Source of the DNA: Podarcis pityusensis | Lineage: Eukaryota | Length of the DNA: 64,000 bases | NCBI GenBank assembly: GCA_964106645.2 | Contig: OZ067045.1 | Strand: one strand, 5' to 3' | Shown here: one piece after another, positions 60,695 to 64,000 of the stretch | How positions within the stretch are numbered: position 1 is the stretch's first letter | How the letters are laid out: each line of letters starts with the position of its first letter | The notes under the pieces: model-generated | What the model saw: the letters and a program-made list of their open reading frames with translations, nothing else | Told to the model about the DNA's origin: nothing | The model's database searches: none | Made by a program: the position numbers and the translations under genes

Positions 60695-62185
60695 TCAATC
60701 CCATCCTTCCAGTCGTCCTTCCTTATTCACTCTACTCAGCCCAACCCAACCCAGAAATGAAAATATAACAGGTAGGGCCAAAGGGAAGTGGGCAAGAGAG
60801 CTGCTTAATATGAGATTTATTTTATCTCTTTGTTTCATAAAATTTATATACCACTTGACTGAAAAAACAACAACCTCAAAGCAGTTTTTGAAAACACACA
60901 ACAATAACATCAAGAAAAATTAACAACTATACTTTAAAACATGCAAAAATTAAAATACTACTAAGCGATTAAAATTACCTCAACTTCCTAAGCATCTTGC
61001 TGAAACAAGAACACTTTTAGCAGGGCCCGAAAAAGGGTACAGTGAAGAAGCCTGCTTGATCTCAATAGGCAGGGAATTCCAAAGTGCAGGTGCTGCCACA
61101 CTGGAAGACGGAGTTCTTACAAATGCTTACAAAATGTATTATGTAGCACCTATAGCAATGGCCTACAACGTTGGCCTCCACACTGAGGTAAAGCAAGGTG
61201 GCAGGGGGGGCCTTCTATTTGGAAAAGGATGCAATACAAGAATGCAGTTCAAAACCAAGCAGTCTAAACAAGTCAGGGATCCAAGCTTGGCTCCCCAACA
61301 CATCACCCGTGGGCCATGATGTACCCACAAAAATATTCCCTGGCACCCATGCAGCACTGCACTCCGCTGCCTTTCTCAAGCTGCTCAAGAGTAGCAAGCA
61401 AGTGCTGCCATCCCCATCTTCCTTCTGCTGTCCCCCCCTCACACACACTGTTGCCATGGCAACAGCATGACCCAATGGGAATTCAGATCCTTCATGCCTC
61501 TGGCCAACCTGACTGAGGGAGCCAGGGCAATTCTGAGCCTCTGTCCAATGGGGGATATGTGTGGAGCTTGATGAACAACTTGAAAGAGGGCAGAAACTCT
61601 GGCAGAGAGTTGAGGGGAAGACCCCTATGAAGGGGCCCTTCTTGCATATAAGACCGGCAGCACTGTCAGGGGCAGGACTTTGGGGCAGAAGTTCAGGACC
61701 CCTCGAAGTGGAATGAGAAGGGCTACCCCCAAATGCAGCAGGGCTGCAATGCCACATTTTGAACTCAGGCCATATTTGCACCATACATCTAAAACACTAG
61801 GATACCCCTGTCAAAAGTAATGGCTTCCCTCAAAGAAATCTTGGAAGTGTAGTTTATTATGAGTTGTCAGTGTGGGGTGTCCCAGATAGAATGAGAGAAG
61901 GAAAAGGTAAGGGGATGGATAGGTTGGCAGGGGAACCTTTGGGAGGAGGGGGTGAAGAAGCATCTACTATCTTCAGAGGCTCCATGCACTTCTGACAATT
62001 TGGGGGAAGAGCATTTGCCCACACTCTGACCCCACTAAGTTCAATGGAATATATCCTATACCACCACATGGTGCTGTTGCAATGACATGGCAAAGGCTGA
62101 CGAAAAAGGAAGGGTGGATTTTTAAAAGCTCCCAGAGCACCTCGTGGGTAGGATATTAATTTGGGGAATAATATATATATATTTA

Positions 62186-62444
62186 CAGTAGTACCTTGTT
62201 TTGTGGCCGGGATCAGTTCCAGAGCCTAGACCGATAGCCGAAAAGGACGCAGGGCAAAGCGCCGCATCTGTGCACGCGCGCAGAGTGGTTTGCACTTCTG
62301 TGCATGCGCAAAGCACGATTTAGCGCTTCTGTGCATGCATGAGCGGCAAACCCGGAAGTAACCTGTTCCGGTACTTCCAGGTTTGCCGCGGATGTTCGCT
62401 GGAATGGACGCTAAACGAGGCAGACGTTCGTGGAGGTATTACTG
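62186..62444. mobile_element. Tc1/mariner/Tigger-type MITE
   Basis: TA|cagtagtacct ... aggtattactg|TA; CpG-rich with internal hairpin gcggcaaacc...ggtttgccgc. Confidence 0.82.
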
Positions 62445-63849
62445 TAGTGGTGAATTGGGGATAATGATAAGTGGGGGTGAATTTCTGTTATGATGTATCT
62501 TAATTACTGTTTTTAAGTGGTTCATTTTTCTTACTTTGTACTTTGTAATGCTTTTAAATGCATAAGCCACCTTGAATTCCAGCTCAGGAGAAAGGCAGGA
62601 TATACAAACAAACAAACAAACAAACAAACAAACAATTTCAGAACAGGATCTGTGTGGGATATTAATTGGGGACAAATTAATTTAAGAGGGACTCCATTTG
62701 GTCTATATGTGCTGTTCTGCTACAAGAAAAAGCACTGGATGCATGCTGAGAGTAAATGCCTGAAGCACCAAGATTTCAAATGTTGCAAATAATATTCTTC
62801 CAATTACAAGGTGTAGAAAGACTGTACTGTACCGCACCCCAACAGCAAAGGCGTTGGCATACAGTCTTGAAAACCCTGGAAAGGGGGAGGGGATGCTTCG
62901 TGATACAGAGTCCAGCATGAAATTATAGAGCCCAAGAGTCCTGTTTTGCTAAATTTGTTTCCTGCCTTTCCATCAAAAGGCACTCTTTAAAAACTAATAC
63001 ATTTATGGCAGCAAAAGCTTTTGATAATAAGCAAGATCTTGCTTCAGCACATGCATGAACAATGAACTGTCAGATATTATATATTACGTAGTTTTTGTTG
63101 TATGCTGAAGATGCAACTGATAAATATATTTTAAGACCAACCCTGTTCTCTTTTTTGTAATCTGTTTCAACTGGTCTTGATATTGTGTTTTTAAATTGTT
63201 GTGACCTGTTCTGGGATTTCACAGAAAAGGGTGAAAAGAAAAAAGGGTAGGCCAATTGTGTCAGGACAAGGTTTGGGAGTGTTCAGATGTACTACCTGTC
63301 TATCCACATGGTGTTCATTTCTTTCTCTCTTTCAAGAAAAATATCACAATATGCTTGTCAAAGTAGTGTTGAGGAGTAATTTTATTAACATATTAGAGCA
63401 AGATTTCACATTACACAAATAAAGGATGTCCCTTTAAAAAAAATAAATCTCTTTCTGTCTTCTTTCATCCGTATATTTACAACTAACTGACTTTGCCATT
63501 GGTCGGGAGTGATATACTTTGCCAAGCCACTCTCTCTACAGATGGAGATATTATTTGCCCTCCAGTACCTCACAATGCACATTGCATTACTTTCAATTAG
63601 ATGCCCATTCAGATGCTCAGCCCCATTGGCATTCTGACCCAACTACTCCTAATTTAGCTTTCCCCAACAGAAGCTGGACTGGGACAAAAGTCTTCCAGCA
63701 CAACACTAGTCGGTGATGAAAGGGCCAACACAGAATGGCAAAGAGGGACTAGCAGACCAGTTGCCTCTGCTTGGATAAAGCTGATGGTTCCCCTCATCCA
63801 CCCACAAGCAAAAACAGAAGGCTGTGAACAAGGCAACAATGGCTGCAAA

Positions 63850-64000
63850 TAGATATTTGAAGATGGTTTCCTCTTATCCAGGCTAAACATACCCATCTCC
63901 CTCAAGCATTCCTCGTAAGACTTAGTTTACAGACCCTTTATCATCTTGGTCACCCTCCTCTGCATATGTTCCAGCTTTTCAACATCCTTCTTAAACTGTG
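63850..64000 (-). mobile_element. CR1 LINE ORF2 fragment, reverse, running off window
   Basis: gatatttgaagatgg...aggctaaacatacc is the reverse complement of the CR1 motif seen at 26383-26450. Confidence 0.75.

Noticed and set aside
57300-64000. MACF1 CH1 exons (e.g. [31 protein letters not shown])
   Set aside because: Looked for on the minus strand and not found; presumably upstream of the window

Overview
Eukaryotic genomic DNA, most likely a squamate. The SINE/MITE/LINE content suggests a lacertid-type lizard, which is an inference. The whole window lies inside one minus-strand gene, MACF1 (ACF7, a spectraplakin). I traced 32 coding exons by hand with GT-AG boundaries and consistent phases. 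They comprise a ~1.1-kb alternative first exon (MGNTLGC..., isoform a3 type, 57125-56004), 30 exons for CH2, the plakin domain with its SH3 and the first spectrin repeats (42741-6782), and the first 2.3 kb of the giant plectin-repeat exon (2300-1). That last exon runs off the window and is missing from the ORF track. The CH1 exons are not in the window. Introns hold L1, CR1, L2 and RTE fragments, tRNA-derived SINEs, Tc1/mariner/pogo-, hAT- and Harbinger-like MITEs, Penelope-type palindromes, an LTR-like segment and microsatellites. I found no prokaryotic-type system, CRISPR array or intact RNA gene, and nearly all listed ORFs are spurious or antisense shadows. The best leads are hypotheses, not proven novelties: (1) a Penelope-type palindrome with hammerhead-ribozyme cores on both strands; (2) a possible in-frame 105-nt cassette exon plus internal-promoter signals upstream of the giant exon; (3) lipidation, polybasic and degron-like motifs and uORFs in the a3 exon; (4) inverted SINEs around an in-frame 507-nt CH2 exon block; (5) a hairpin module shared by two transposon superfamilies with a compensatory change.
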